The notes beneath the pieces were generated by a model that was given only the letters and a program-made list of their open reading frames with translations, did no database searches and had not been told where the DNA came from. From Camelus ferus (taxonomy: Eukaryota): DNA of 64,000 nucleotides. Both the position numbers and the translations under genes were made by a program. The stretch lies in the NCBI RefSeq assembly GCF_009834535.1, contig NC_045697.1, positions 16,122,001 through 16,186,000 on the forward strand, in the 5' to 3' direction. Shown here in pieces: positions 52,103 through 64,000 of this stretch (position 1 is its first letter; every line of letters starts with the position of its first letter).

Positions 52103-53549
52103 CTTAAAGAGAATTATGAACTACTGGAAAAAGCTCTTCTGTTGATTAGGCTTTTTTTCTCCATTTGGGGGAAATCAAATGACTGAAATATAAATTTGAT
52201 TTGAACAGTTCTTAAATATCTTTTTTTCAACATTGACAAGAATTTTGCCTCTGCATTTTGATTTGGAACATTTAAAAAGTGAACCAGAAAGACTCTTAAC
52301 CACTAAAAGTAGAAATTGCAAGAAGCAGTCTAAATACAAACCAGCAAAAATGATTATGATAAAATGTCTTTTTGCATGTCTGATCTGTAAACACATTTAA
52401 TGGCCCACTCAGAGGATGATGGTATTATCATTCCAAGTAACATATTCTTGGAGGGTGAGTCCCAAGTTCAATTTTTAACCATTCCAAAGATTTGGAAAGG
52501 CTGTCAAATATGGTTTTAAAAATTGCAACACTCACATAGACTTGCATTTTATATAAATATAAAATTTGGAGAAAAAAAAGAAAGATGGGAAAGTATTTAT
52601 ACTTTTGCTAATGGACTAGGCATGCATCAATCTAAAGAAATATTCACATACTTATTTTAAAAAACATAATATGATGTTGCTACAGATTAGTGGTAGGTTT
52701 CAACATTACTCTGTCTCTTCTCATGTTGTTCAGGAATAAGAGAATTCCTCTCCTATGCCATCACTCCTAAAGTTTTCTAAATACTCTCATCCTCTGAATG
52801 GTCCATTAGATGGGTTCCTTTCCATGTGAGTTAGTTTATATGGAGCCCTGGATAAATGCCAAAGCAAAGAAACCTCACTCCAAAGGAGATGAACATAAGA
52901 TGCACTGTGGAGGATGAAACTTGCAGGCAACTGAAATATCAACTAGATGATGGCTCGGAATGCAGCCAGTCCCCTTGAACTATCGTCTACTTCACTCTCT
53001 GCAAAACTCTCACTGTTGTTCAGTGTCATCTTTTCCCACCTGAGTGGCTTGTTTGTTTTTGCTTTTGTTTTTTTGTTTTTTCACTTTTCTCCATTGTACA
53101 ACATCTACATGGAAATCTTTTATCTCCCTTACACAACTGAACTTCATAGTGGAATTTCTGGTCTTTGTTTCTCTGATTCTAAGCCGTGGCACTCACATTT
53201 AGCTGTTTAGGTTGAGGGGTTGGAGCTAAGCAGAAAGAGGTGCCAGCTGAGCCCCAGCTGAATGTGGTTGTCACCAGGCACAGACCAGACAAAATGCCCA
53301 AATGACACCTAACTCTCAACAACTTTGGGCAGGTTATTATTCAGAAAGTGCCAACTGACAGATGCCTTCTCTTAAGACTTATATGTTAATGTGTTTATCA
53401 ACCCCAAACCAAAAAATGTGGCATGCTTATTGATGGATATATCAAAGGATTTTGGTGCATCAAACTACAAAGTTCAAATTAAAGGCAAGAAGAGGGAGAA
53501 AAGAGTCTCCCCACGACTGTAGCCCAATTTCTGCTTTCCTAGGAACATG

Positions 53550-53740
53550 AAAGTCACCAGTCCACAAATCTGAATGGATATAAGAATTGGAATATGCTTC
53601 TGTGAAGAATGTACTTTATGGTCATAAAGCTTGTGGTGGCAGCATCTTGAATTTTGAGAAATTTGGAATAATTACAAACGAAAGGCTTCTTGTCTGTGAT
53701 GTTTACACAGATTGTAGGCAACCCAATGATACTGGGTAAA
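53550..53740 (+). mobile_element. CR1-like post-RT fragment
   Basis: KNVLYG...EKFGIITNERL (cf. KVLHxG, EKDLGVIVDxKL). Confidence 0.35.
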
Positions 53741-54759
53741 AACTGCTATTCTACGTAAAAATAAGAAGGGATAGTTTGAGAATCCATAGCCAGGAGTTCA
53801 CATACAAAAGGAGTGAATTAGATTCATTTGTCTCCACCTATTTAGCCACATTCCTGATGGAAATATTGCTATTTGATATGTCATTTCTCTTTCTTGAAAT
53901 TCTGAACTGTCATCTTTGAAACTTGACTATTTATTATTACATGTCATCCTTCAAGTCCAGAACAAATCACAAAAGGATGCATAGGAGATATTCTTTTAAT
54001 GCCAGGATTTACTATAAATCACAATTTCTTCTTTTCTCTGGAAAAGGAAAGGGGAAGAAGACAACGATGACAGGGGGCACCTGTGCTTAGTTACATATGA
54101 TTTGAAACTTGAGTTAATAGCATGAAATATATTCATACAGTGAACTTCTGCAAATGTGAAATTTCCTTGCCTCGCGATCGAAATTCATTACCAATGGGAA
54201 GGTTTAAAACCAGAGAAAATGACTGGGGAAAACTGCTTGAAATATAACAGGCTTGAAAAACAAGAGAAACACAAGGTAAAATTAAAAAGAATGATCTGGC
54301 ATTAAGAGAATTTAGTAAAATTTTAGATATATGTACATTTATAAAATCTCCACAGATGATCATGAATGTATGGATGAAACTCTGATAGGAAAACTTAAAG
54401 GCTGAAATTATACATGTATTAAAACAGAATAATGGCAGCATTTATGGAAAAAAAACCATACAGGTTCATATTTATGTTGGCAGTAGCCATAAGACCTCTC
54501 CTTCTGCAAATGTCACCATTTAAGACTCTTGGTTCAAATTCACATCACTTTAATTCTGATATGGAAACCAGTTTAAAAAAAAAGTTTTATCTTGGAGTAA
54601 GTTGCAAGTGATCTAATTAAAGAAATGAGATACCATTGAAAAGGAGCAATTTTATGACTTTTAAATACACATAGTAATGAGAGTCAGGCTAACATGTGTC
54701 AACCCCCCCACCGCCACCTTTCATTGAAAGACAATTATCAGTTTGTTTAGCACTGTGTC

Positions 54760-55340
54760 TTGTATTCATTCATTCACTCAAATGTTCATTTCATAACTAT
54801 TTATTGAGTGCCTACTCTGTGACAGGCATCATAGAAAGTGCCAGTGAAGCAGAGACAGATGCTGTCTCTGTCCTCAAGAAACAAGCAATCTAGTGGAGGT
54901 GATGGACATTCATTAAAAATTAGAATTGTGATACATACTTTGAAGGACGGTGGCATAGCCATGCGAGATTATAGTAGAACTTAGCAAATCAAGGACGATT
55001 TTCCTGAGGAACCAGCCTCCTGAAGAAACAGAGGAGTTAATTACTGTCAAGGAAGTGTGGGCAACGCAAGAGAGGCTCAGAGTACATCATAGACAAAAAC
55101 TGGTCCTGTGATAAGAGAGGGAAATGGTTGGGCGTTCATCGGGATCATAGATTCGTAAAATGTTAACGCCAGAAGGGCGCTCAGGCTGCTCTAGTTCAAT
55201 CTCTTCATTTTACAGGTGAGGAAACCGACTCAGAGGGGTTAAGTGACTTGGCCAAGGTGACACCACTAATGAGAGCTGGAGCTAGGATCAGAGCCCAGGG
55301 CTCCTAATTACCCTTTTAATGCTTTCCCACCACACCATGC
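54760..55340 (-). mobile_element. L2 3' end followed by MIR
   Basis: cattcattcactca...tattgagtgcctact; cattttacaggtgaggaaaccga...aagtgacttggccaaggt. Confidence 0.8.
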
Positions 55341-55799
55341 TGACTCTTCCTATCTGTGTTAATGAGTAGATCAAGATGCTGTGAAATTAGCATAATAATT
55401 ATTTGTATATAAATACTGCCTTTAAAATACTGCTGTATAACAGAGCTTATCCTTCACGACCCACATCGGCAAATTGTCAATGTTTGAGTCCTAAATTAGT
55501 GAGTAATAATTGCTTTTTCATAGTAAAGGGGGATGATGCATCAAAACCCAAGCTTGAGACGTGCGTGTTAACACAAAGCCTGAATTAAAGGATTCTAAAT
55601 TAATGACATTTTACTAAAACTTTTTCTCTTATTCAATAACTGTAGTGCTGGGTCCTAGGCATTGTACTGGGACTAAAATGTTTTCATTTTAGTCATTTCA
55701 TTTTAGTGAGCAAGATCCAGCTACTTCTTTCAAGGCATTTGCAACCAGATGATGGCTCTGACGATGTTTTCCTTTTGTATCTGAAAGCTCACATCAGTG

Positions 55800-57525
55800 T
55801 TTTAAGTTGAGTCTTGGCACAAAAACGGTGAAACTTCTGGTCAGAATTTTGAGAGAATACTTCGCAAAAGAACGTTTAGAGTGGATACCCATTTTAAGAT
55901 GCAAAAACTTCCAGCATTTGGGGGTGGGGAGGTGGGGTTGGGGGCTGGGAGTGGGAGGAGCTTGCAATTGTTGCTTAATTAGACCTTGGTGAGGTTTCCA
56001 AATTGAAATTGCCAATTGTATTCCTATGACAGATTGCACTACTTTGGAGAGCTGGTGATGAAATCCGGCCATTGAATTACACTGAACGATAAACTTCATT
56101 TGTTCTTAGGTGCATAGTGATTTGCTGTAATAATGATCATCTATTTGCTGGACAGCTGAGATTTTTTTTTTTTAAGCTTGATTGCTTCTGGCATGGTGTT
56201 ATTAGTCCTGGAGGACTGCAATGCATTCGTAGCAATTCTCAGTTTGTACAAGCTAAAATATCCATCTCTTACAGATGCTGGCCATTTAAGACCTGTGCGT
56301 GAGACCTCTGTTTTTTTTTCTGGAAATTCTGCAACAGAATATATACTTTGTTTTTCATTAACACCATCACAAATATGCCCATCTCTAGAATTTCAAGGGG
56401 ATTAATTTGGAGGTCTGTTTAATGGACAGAAGGGCCAAGAAATGTCCCCAGTGAAGGGTACATGCTGTCAATTTTCTTTGGTGAATGGAAGCCAAACAAT
56501 TTTCAACAAACCCCTTTATAAGAAATGCCCTGCATATCTCGATCCAAACACTCATGTGATGAGAGTCTAAAACCCCTACTGAATTACACTGGACGAGAAC
56601 CTGATGATGTTGATTCTTTCAAGATCACTGAAGAAATCGACTCTCATCTCTGACTCTGATACTTTTTAGTCCATCCATCTTGAAAATGTCTATGGAATGA
56701 TTCTGTTGTACCTTCAGAAATGAAATTCATAGGCATGGATTTTCTCACACAGCAACTTTATATACAAAGATGAGAATAGCAGAAAGGTCATTTCCAAAGA
56801 AAGTGACATTTATTCTGTATTCACTGAAAAGCCAAAAGAGTTTTCTCATTCACTGATACTGACTGAGCCCTGCATCTCGCCCGGAAGAGGTGACAGAGGC
56901 TGCTTCCACCTGCACTTGCATCGAACTCCGGGCTTGAGACCTGTCCAGACAAATTGGCTTCTTTCAAGGATGAACCTGCTGTGCTCATCAAGGCTTATTT
57001 TGTTTATAGTTCAAGCTTGTTTGACAGGTTTTGTTTACTTTGTTCAATGCAACTAAGCAAATGCCTGCCTCCTTTCTGAATTAGTTTTGCACTAGGGTTA
57101 CATTCCATTATTTTCTCTTATAAGGTAAGGCATTAGCTGTGTGGATTTATATGTACATATATATGTATATCATATACGATACACATGAGTGTTAGCATAT
57201 ATACATACGTGCATGTGTATGAAGGTGTTTTGTATCCATGTCTGTAGGTATATGTCTCATTCAAAGTCAATGCTTTCAAAAGAAACCAGGCATCAATTAT
57301 TGATGCTAATGGAGAGCAAGAATAGTTGCACAAAGCCAAATCAACAAAGACTGTCCAAACCTCACATTAACAATGGTTTTGACCTCATTTGCAACAAAAT
57401 CTTTTCCCAAAGCTCTTGCTAACCAGACTACCTGCCTTGAGTTTGGAACAGCAAGTGCAGCAGAGAAGTTATGCAAATGCTTTATATGAATTTGAGAGAC
57501 AGTTCCCTCCATTCTCACAATGCTG
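55800..57525 (-). mobile_element. CR1/L3-like RT and thumb fossil (~1.7 kb)
   Basis: NSRQVVWL..LGK, IDAWFLLKA, WTKKYQSQR, GSRPV*F, LDRDMQGISYK (cf. LDEDIEGxLIKFADD), DLQ..LEILE, WKPH in the expected order. Confidence 0.55.
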
Positions 57526-57704
57526 CCGAGGATGGGGGATGTGGGTGATAGAGTAGAGAAAAGAGGAGAATTTCAGAGGGACAGAGAGGTTTCCCTGCAT
57601 CCTAGTTCTTCCTAAGTCCGAGCTTTATGACCTCTAGCCCACATAATGAATAAGTAGGAATTTATTGTATTTTCTTCAACTGAAACATTTTATTTCACTG
57701 GAAG

Positions 57705-57937
57705 ACAGTATTGCAGAATGATTCAGCATTCAGACTCTGAGTGTAAAGTTTGGCTGGGTCCCCACCTACTAGCTGTAGAAATTTGGGTAAATTGCTTGAC
57801 CCCTTTGTGCTTTCGAATCCTCATTTATAAAACAGATTTCATAATGGTCCCTACCTCATTGAGTTATTGTGAAGATTAAATGAATTAATACACGTGAAGC
57901 AACTATAACAAATCTTGACCTATAGTAAGTGCTCAAA
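57705..57937 (+). mobile_element. MIR SINE
   Basis: cctactagctgt...cctcatttataaaa...gaagattaaatga...agtaagtgctcaa. Confidence 0.85.
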
Positions 57938-59101
57938 GTCGTGAAACCATTCTGGACTGCCCCATCAGAGACAACTCAGGTCCTTGGGAAACTCAAAGGA
58001 TTAGAAGGTGAGAGACCATGTTGTTAAATGTTAGGACTGACTAGAGCTGTAAATCTGGCTATTGAAATAATAAACAGAGTGATTATTAGAGAATTAACAG
58101 CAACTTTTATGGCATTATATTTAAGACTTGAACCTTGTTTGAACTACTTTTAACTTCTTTAATGTTTAAGACCTATAAATGTCAGAGCTCACTAATTTCC
58201 TTGGCTTTCAATAAATGCCAATGACTTTGAGAATTGCTCTCCCTTTTGCTTATCTGGCAAGAGCACAAGCTTAAAGGGTATCCAAGAGGGCAGTGAGAAC
58301 AGCGATGACCCATTCTCTTCCCAATAGAAAATGCAGGTTACTGAATTCAACCAGCCTTTCGGGCCACAGAACTTCTGGGGAACTTTTGTGTGGAGTCACT
58401 GGAGCTAGGTGCTGAATGGGATTTCCAAGGACAGCAAAGACATAGCCCCTTCTGTTAAAGAGTACCTAGTCCCTAGGAAAAGTAGATTGACAAATAAATA
58501 CTAATGTCTAATTTCTCTGGCATCTGCAGAGAACAAGATAATTTTATCCAGTAAAATGTTCCAGGTAACCAAAGCTTGTCCCATTTGGGCCCCCAGAAAG
58601 TGATTTAAATTTATCAAATGGAAATCTTCCTAATAGAAGTTGAACACACTTGAGCAGAGACTCAGGAGAAGAATTTTGCATTCACTTAGTAATGCAGGAT
58701 CATCATTATAGACATCAGTGATTGAGCTGTGCTGTAATGCAGGGGGCTACTGAGGTATGAAGGGCTGGTTGCCCCTGTCCTAATTGACCCCAGATGGATA
58801 TACTTTTTATAGCGCTTCTGTTTCTTTCCTTATGGATATGCAGTTAGCTTGTTTCACTTTCTCTCTTCTCCTAGTGGGATGGATGTCTAGAAAAAAAAAT
58901 CGTCAGAATTCTGCCCAACAGAAATTAATTAGGCCTACAATTTTTTTTTGAATAAAGGTAAATGCAAGGAGACCATTATCTCTTGAATATCTCCTATCGC
59001 TAAGCATTTCTGCATACATCATTATCATTTAGTCCTCTATCAATTTTTGTAGCATAAAGGAAGTTGCTGGGGCTCAAAGGGTGTCCTAATTTGACCTAGA
59101 T

Positions 59102-59266
59102 GAGTGCTTCTCAAAATTTAGTGTACACAAGAGTCACCAGAAGAGCTTTGTGGAAAGATTTCCTGGACCCCATTTCTAGAGACTAATTCAGTAGGTCTGG
59201 GGTGACACCCAAGGACCTTTGCATTTCTGACAAGCTCCCAGGTGATGCTACTGTTGCTGGCCACTG
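59102..59266. mobile_element. MER5A-type hAT MITE
   Basis: gtgcttctcaaa...ttcagtaggtctggggtg...gcatttctgacaagctcccaggtgatgct. Confidence 0.85.
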
Positions 59267-59529
59267 ATCAAAGCCATGCCTGATGATATAGCTAGGAAAT
59301 GTTAGATGAAACGCCAACCAATGAGTATGTAACATCAGAGCAGACTATTTCATGACATCGCACTGTCTTGAACATGTTGCCATAAATTTTGGCTAGTGAG
59401 ACATACTTCTGGCTCATATATGGAGTCTGAATTATGCTACAAATAGGTCCATTTGGTAGAAAAATCAATAATTCCAGTGTCAGAGATTTGGTTACCTAAT
59501 TAGCACCTATGCTGTCATGCATATGTCAG

Positions 59530-60030
59530 TATTTATTTCATTTCCGTAAATGCTGTTGTCCAGATATTGTTCTAGGTGCTGGTGATCTAGCAGGAAACAA
59601 GATGCAAAATTCCTTTTCCTCGTGGAGCTTACGTTCTTTAAAGGGGAGTTAGACATAAAAAGAAAAGCAAGGAACAGTACAAGGTAATTTCAGAAAATGA
59701 TAAGTGCTATGATGAAACCAACAGGAGCCGGAAGGATGGGGAAGGATGACAGTGGAGAAGTTACTCTGGACCAGGGACAGGGGCAGCCTTTCTGAGGAGG
59801 TGATATTTGAGCTCCTTCCTTAGTGACATGAAAAGAACCTGGACATTTGAAAATCTGCGAGCAAATTCTTTCCAGCAACGTGAAAAGTTTCTGATTTGGG
59901 GAGTTGGCTTTTTTGTATGTTTAAGAGAGAGGTAAGAAGTCCAGTGGGTCTGTGGACTGTGCTGGCTGGGTGGGGATGGGAGAGCAGTAGGACACCAGGA
60001 GGGAAGTAGAAAGATGGCCCAACAGGGTTG
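59530..60030 (-). mobile_element. L2 fragment
   Basis: gttctaggtgctggtgat...ggagcttacgttct...ctgaggaggtgatatttgagc. Confidence 0.8.
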
Positions 60031-60394
60031 GAAAACGATTCTTTGTACCTGGAGGGAAGGAAGAAAGATAAAATCATGACTATGAGTGGAGTAACAAAGA
60101 GATTGAGAAGAAGGCTTTGAGGAAGACTGGTGAGTGAGGGAGGACATGAAGACATAGAAGGAGTACGTGGTTGATGTGAGTATGAAGGAAACAACCTAGA
60201 GAGACTCACTGAAGAAAACAACCTTCCATAATGGCCTGAGCCAAAAATTGAAGGTGTTAATTCCATTAGATGCTAATATCTGTTTGTATGATCAGCACTC
60301 ATTAATACTTAGAGGCCTGGTAAGAGCTAAGGACAATAGGGATAGCCTGGAATTTAGTTTGGTTGTATGTATGCATATATTTAAATAAGGGTTA

Positions 60395-60775
60395 ATGTTA
60401 GCTGTGAATTAGAATCACCTGACGCTTAAGGACTACAGCTGCCTAGACCCCGTTCCAGATAAATTAAATTGGAGTCTGTGGGTAGTTGGGGCCTGGGGTG
60501 ACATGCTTAGTTTTGAGGCGCACACCATCCCAGCTGAGAATCATTACCCTAGAGCAGGTGTTAGCAACCTTGATGGCACATTAGACTCACTTGGTTAAGC
60601 TTCAAAAAATAACCCATGCCCAGGCCTCACCCTGGATCAATTAGCTCAGAATCTCTGGGAGTTAGAGGGTATTTAAAACAACCACCACCACCGTAACAAC
60701 AACAACAGCAGCAGCAGCAGCCACCACGCCTTCCAGGTGATTCTAACATGCTGCTGCCCCTAAGGGATACTGCCT
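60395..60775. mobile_element. Two adjacent MER5-type MITE remnants
   Basis: ttagaatcacctga, cattagactcacttgg, cagaatctctggg, ccaggtgattctaa. Confidence 0.65.
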
Positions 60776-61293
60776 AGGGCTACAAGAATAAACGAAACCC
60801 CCTCCCTGCCCTCTGAGTTTACACTCTGCTAGGGAAGATGTGAAGCAATGCAATGTACTGTGCCACATTAAAAATAAAAAGTGTAGGAAAGTTAAAGGAG
60901 AAAGAGATTAATTTTGCTGATGAGGGGTGGGGTAAGGTGACCAACTTGTCCCAGCTGGCTTGGAATTTTCCTAGTTTTAGCAATGAAATTCCAAGTACCT
61001 GCAAACCCCTCAGTCCCATGCAATCTGGGATGGTTGGTCACCTTACATGGCAGAAGAAATTTCAGATGACCAATTTGAATGGGAAAAAGGAGCTTGCCAA
61101 GTGGGCCACATGGACGTGCAGGTAGGGGTGGGGTTGAGGAGGGGATGGGGAGTCGGTTTCAGGCTGTGAGGAGAACACGCAGAAAGGCACAGCATGGGTC
61201 AAGGGCTTGGAAGCACAAGTTTGGTTTCATCGGTAGAAAAGCATGAAGGGGTTGTGGAAGATGAGTCTGAAGAGGTAGTTCTAGATCATCAGG

Positions 61294-61918
61294 TGAAGTG
61301 GGAGGAAAGAGGGCTGGGCACAACCACTGAAGGGATGACACAGCCACGGAGGACAGGACAAACTGATTAGAACCAAGATGGCAGAAGATTCGACTTCCAG
61401 TAGACCTTGAGCCTCATGGCACACCCAAAGGCGCCATGACAGTTCCTAGGCTGACCATAAAAGGTCAAAAAGTGGGTGGGGGGGTAGAATTCCTGGAAAT
61501 CCTTGCCCCTTCCTCAGAGTAGTTGGAATAATCCTCCTCCTCATTAGCATGTGAGATTACCGAGGCCATAAAACCTAACAACTCCTGCACCTCGTGGTCA
61601 CTTTTGTTCTGTTGCACTCACTCTGTCGCTCTCACCTTCTGAGATAGCCCTCACTCTGTCTATGGAGTGTGTGTCTACTTTTACTTTAAACACCCCACAT
61701 CTCTCAGCTTTTCTCCCTCTCATCTTTCTGAGATGGTCCACATGCTGCCTATGGGGTGTATATCTCCCAAACCATTTTCCCATCTGAGTGAGACAGACCA
61801 CATTCTTCCATGGAATAATGGAGTGTGTATCTCTCTAAATAAACTTACATTCATTTTACCATGCCTTGCTCTTGAATTCTTTCCTGCTCTAGACAAGAAC
61901 CGATTCTCCCCTGCAACA
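61294..61918 (+). mobile_element. MER41-like ERV1 solo LTR inserted in L2
   Basis: TG..CA ends, 4-bp TSD cagg/caag, ggcgccatgacagtt, aattcctggaaatcc..gcccct, aataaac, cttgaattctttcctg. Confidence 0.75.
61490..61498. promoter_or_regulatory. GAS (STAT-binding) motif TTCCTGGAA within the LTR
   Basis: Exact TTCnnnGAA match; function not shown. Confidence 0.4.
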
Positions 61919-62069
61919 CAAGGGTCTGCCTTATGTGCCCAGAAATTTTGCATTTTATCCCAGGGCATTGAGGGGGTCATTGGTAACATTGAAGCAGTTG
62001 TGGTTTTTTGATTTTTGATTTTCATTTTAAAAGATCCCTGGATGAAGCTTTGAAGTCATGTGTTTATTT

Positions 62070-63600
62070 CCTTAGCACACTGCTGACTCATTGGGGGACT
62101 AACTCATTTAACCCCTCTCTGCATGTAGACTCATTAAGAAAATGCAGGCAGGGGTCATGCTTGCAGAGTGCAAAATCTAGATGAAAGCAGTTTTCATTAT
62201 TTCTGTGGATTCTTCAGATGAAACAGCCTAGATGTTGCTGAGTATTCTGACGTTGTATCCATGAGCTGGGTCCGGAGCCAGCCCATCCTGGCTCAGCCTC
62301 ATGCCCTAATAAGTTCATCAACTCAAGTCTGGAGGTAGCAGCTCTGTAGAACAGAGCTTGTCCCCTGACACAGATGGTGCTGGGAAGATTAATGAAGTTT
62401 AGTTCAAAGGGTTTTGCACTCTTGGAGGAAATTTCCCAAATAGATTGTTTCTTCTATAGTAGAATTAATAGCGGAATTGCAGCAAAATAAAACATAACAA
62501 AATTTCCCAAGTCAATGTAATTTCTTGCTGGGAAAGGCCACACTAATAATAATCCCATTTTGATAACTGAAGCATCGTAATGCAGCATTAATGTTTGGTG
62601 GATGATACATTTTGATGTCACTGTTTTACCAATTTCTCTGTTTCTTCTCCATGCACTCACTGGACCATTTAATGGAATGGGTCTCGAATAACATTCCTTG
62701 TTGACTTTTAATCATGCCTCTTAGTTTTCTGACTCTCCTCTAATTTAAAACAAAATAAACAATATACCATGCCCTTAGTTAACAACAATATCACAAATAG
62801 CAAAAATAGCAGTAATAAAAATAAGAAAATACATAAATACAAAACTAAACATTAATCCTTGAAAGAGATATATCTATATAATATAAATTATTTGGAATTC
62901 TTCTGCACAGGTTTGTTTCTTTTCCCCATTTATTGATTCAACCACTTCTTTATATCAATATAGACACATGGATATTTGTTCTATACTTTGGGTTAAAATC
63001 CAATGCTATGTTACTTATTTTGTTGCTCATAATGTTCCAGGTGAGCCAGTGGGAGCTCTGTCAGATGGCTCCTATATCCCTTTGTCATGCCCCCACCATG
63101 TCAAGCTTTTTGAGTATTTCCTTACTTACTGACACTAAGACGCTCCAGGCTCATCTTGTATGTTTCTTGTCCCAACCCTAGAATTAGCAAATTCTCCAAG
63201 GGTCTCTGATTTCATTAGTTGGACAAGGACATTAAAAAATAAGATCTGAGTGCTGGTGTGCAGCCTTTGTTTTTGAGAGTCATCCTTAGTCAGACAAAAA
63301 TATTAAACTTTTGTCTGTATCTGGGATGCTGATTTACTGTTAATTATGCTTTTCAAATTTTACTGAATGCAAACTCTCTTTAGCTTTTTTTGATCCAGCC
63401 AGTATCGTTCTTAAGTGCAGCTGTAAATCCTACATAGACAGTTTTCAGTAGGTACCCAATCATTTGTTTGAGATTCACTTTCTGACTTTTTGGCTCCTCC
63501 ATCTTTTCTCCATAAGCCAGTGGATCTTCCAAAGTTTCCTCTTTAGGCCTGGCCTCCATGTTTGCCCTGTCCTGTGCCCAGACTCTTCTCTCTGCCATCT
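62070..63600 (-). mobile_element. Ancient LINE post-RT fossil, split by L1MC
   Basis: 63598-63380: VWAQDRANM..GEKMEE..SQK (cf. WAxxNxM..GxxLExV..K). 62660-62450: TLMLHYDASV..VWPF..YIDL (cf. LYxSLV..VWxP..IxxL). Confidence 0.4.
62880..63262 (-). mobile_element. L1MC-type 3' UTR
   Basis: tatactttgggttaaaatccaat...tgggagctctgtcagatggctcct...aagatctgagtgct. Confidence 0.8.
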
Positions 63601-64000
63601 GAGCTCAGTGAACAAAGTAATTGCAGACATTGTCATGCCATGACACCCTTAGTTCCTAACGTATTGTCTAGTGTAGAGTGAGCACTCAGTACCTATTTGG
63701 CAAGTAAAAGAATAAATAAATACATTCTGGTCATTAGATCCATGCCAAGTTCTTATTGATTGACAATGGCTTAATATGGTCTCCTTTGAGATTTGAATTG
63801 GTGGAATTGTAAATGGGTCCAGAGTGGGGTTGTTATATCGAAGTGATGACAGCTGTCACAGGGTTTAATTCCAACTGGCACTTAGTTACTTAATCACTTT
63901 AGTCAGAAGACCTCTGGGTTAGATGGAATCTTGAAGGTCTTTAGGCATATTCTTGCACCTTCTCCATCTGACACCTGGTTTATCTGTGATCTAGAATGAT

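Noticed and set aside
53553..53735. ACGGSILN as a CUB or trypsin motif
   Set aside because: Downstream residues of either domain are absent, there are two stops, and EKFGIITNERL fits a LINE better.
59690..60266. 128- and 148-aa overlapping minus-strand ORFs
   Set aside because: Ser/Pro/Leu-rich readings of pyrimidine-rich L2-associated sequence that is naturally poor in stops.
61598..62025. 101- and 114-aa ORFs
   Set aside because: They lie largely within the solo LTR and show no gag, pol or env features.
1151..63603. Large multi-exon unitary pseudogene on the minus strand (exon-shaped, often phase-1 blocks with few stops and RxKR-like sites)
   Set aside because: Most blocks are better explained as collinear LINE ORF2 motifs, similar blocks occur on both strands, some implied introns are under 60 nt, and no cellular protein was recognised. 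Not fully excluded for unassigned blocks (3392-3863, 36470-36660, 52879-53225).

Overview
AT-rich, CpG-poor mammalian genomic DNA. I can find no intact protein-coding gene, RNA gene or CpG island. The young repeats are short L1 3'-end fragments of the cetartiodactyl type, and I see no Alu, B1/B2, Bov-tA, PRE or Can-SINE; this suggests a camelid (inference). The usual eutherian repeats are abundant (L2, MIR, MLT1/MLT2, ERVL LTRs, MER5, L1M), several nested with visible target-site duplications. The main observation is that much of the apparently unique DNA between these repeats translates, through stops and frameshifts, into collinear fragments of very old non-L1 LINE ORF2 proteins (CR1/L3-like endonuclease, linker and RT, plus one RTE-like 3' end). 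I count roughly a dozen separate fossils, mostly on the minus strand, including one running from endonuclease to RT over about 7 kb. These blocks first looked like exons of a decayed gene; that reading was rejected. Every L1 piece I recognised is on the minus strand, consistent with an intron of a long plus-strand gene. A MER41-like LTR keeps an intact GAS (STAT) motif. All family assignments are by eye from remembered consensus motifs and need Dfam/HMM confirmation.
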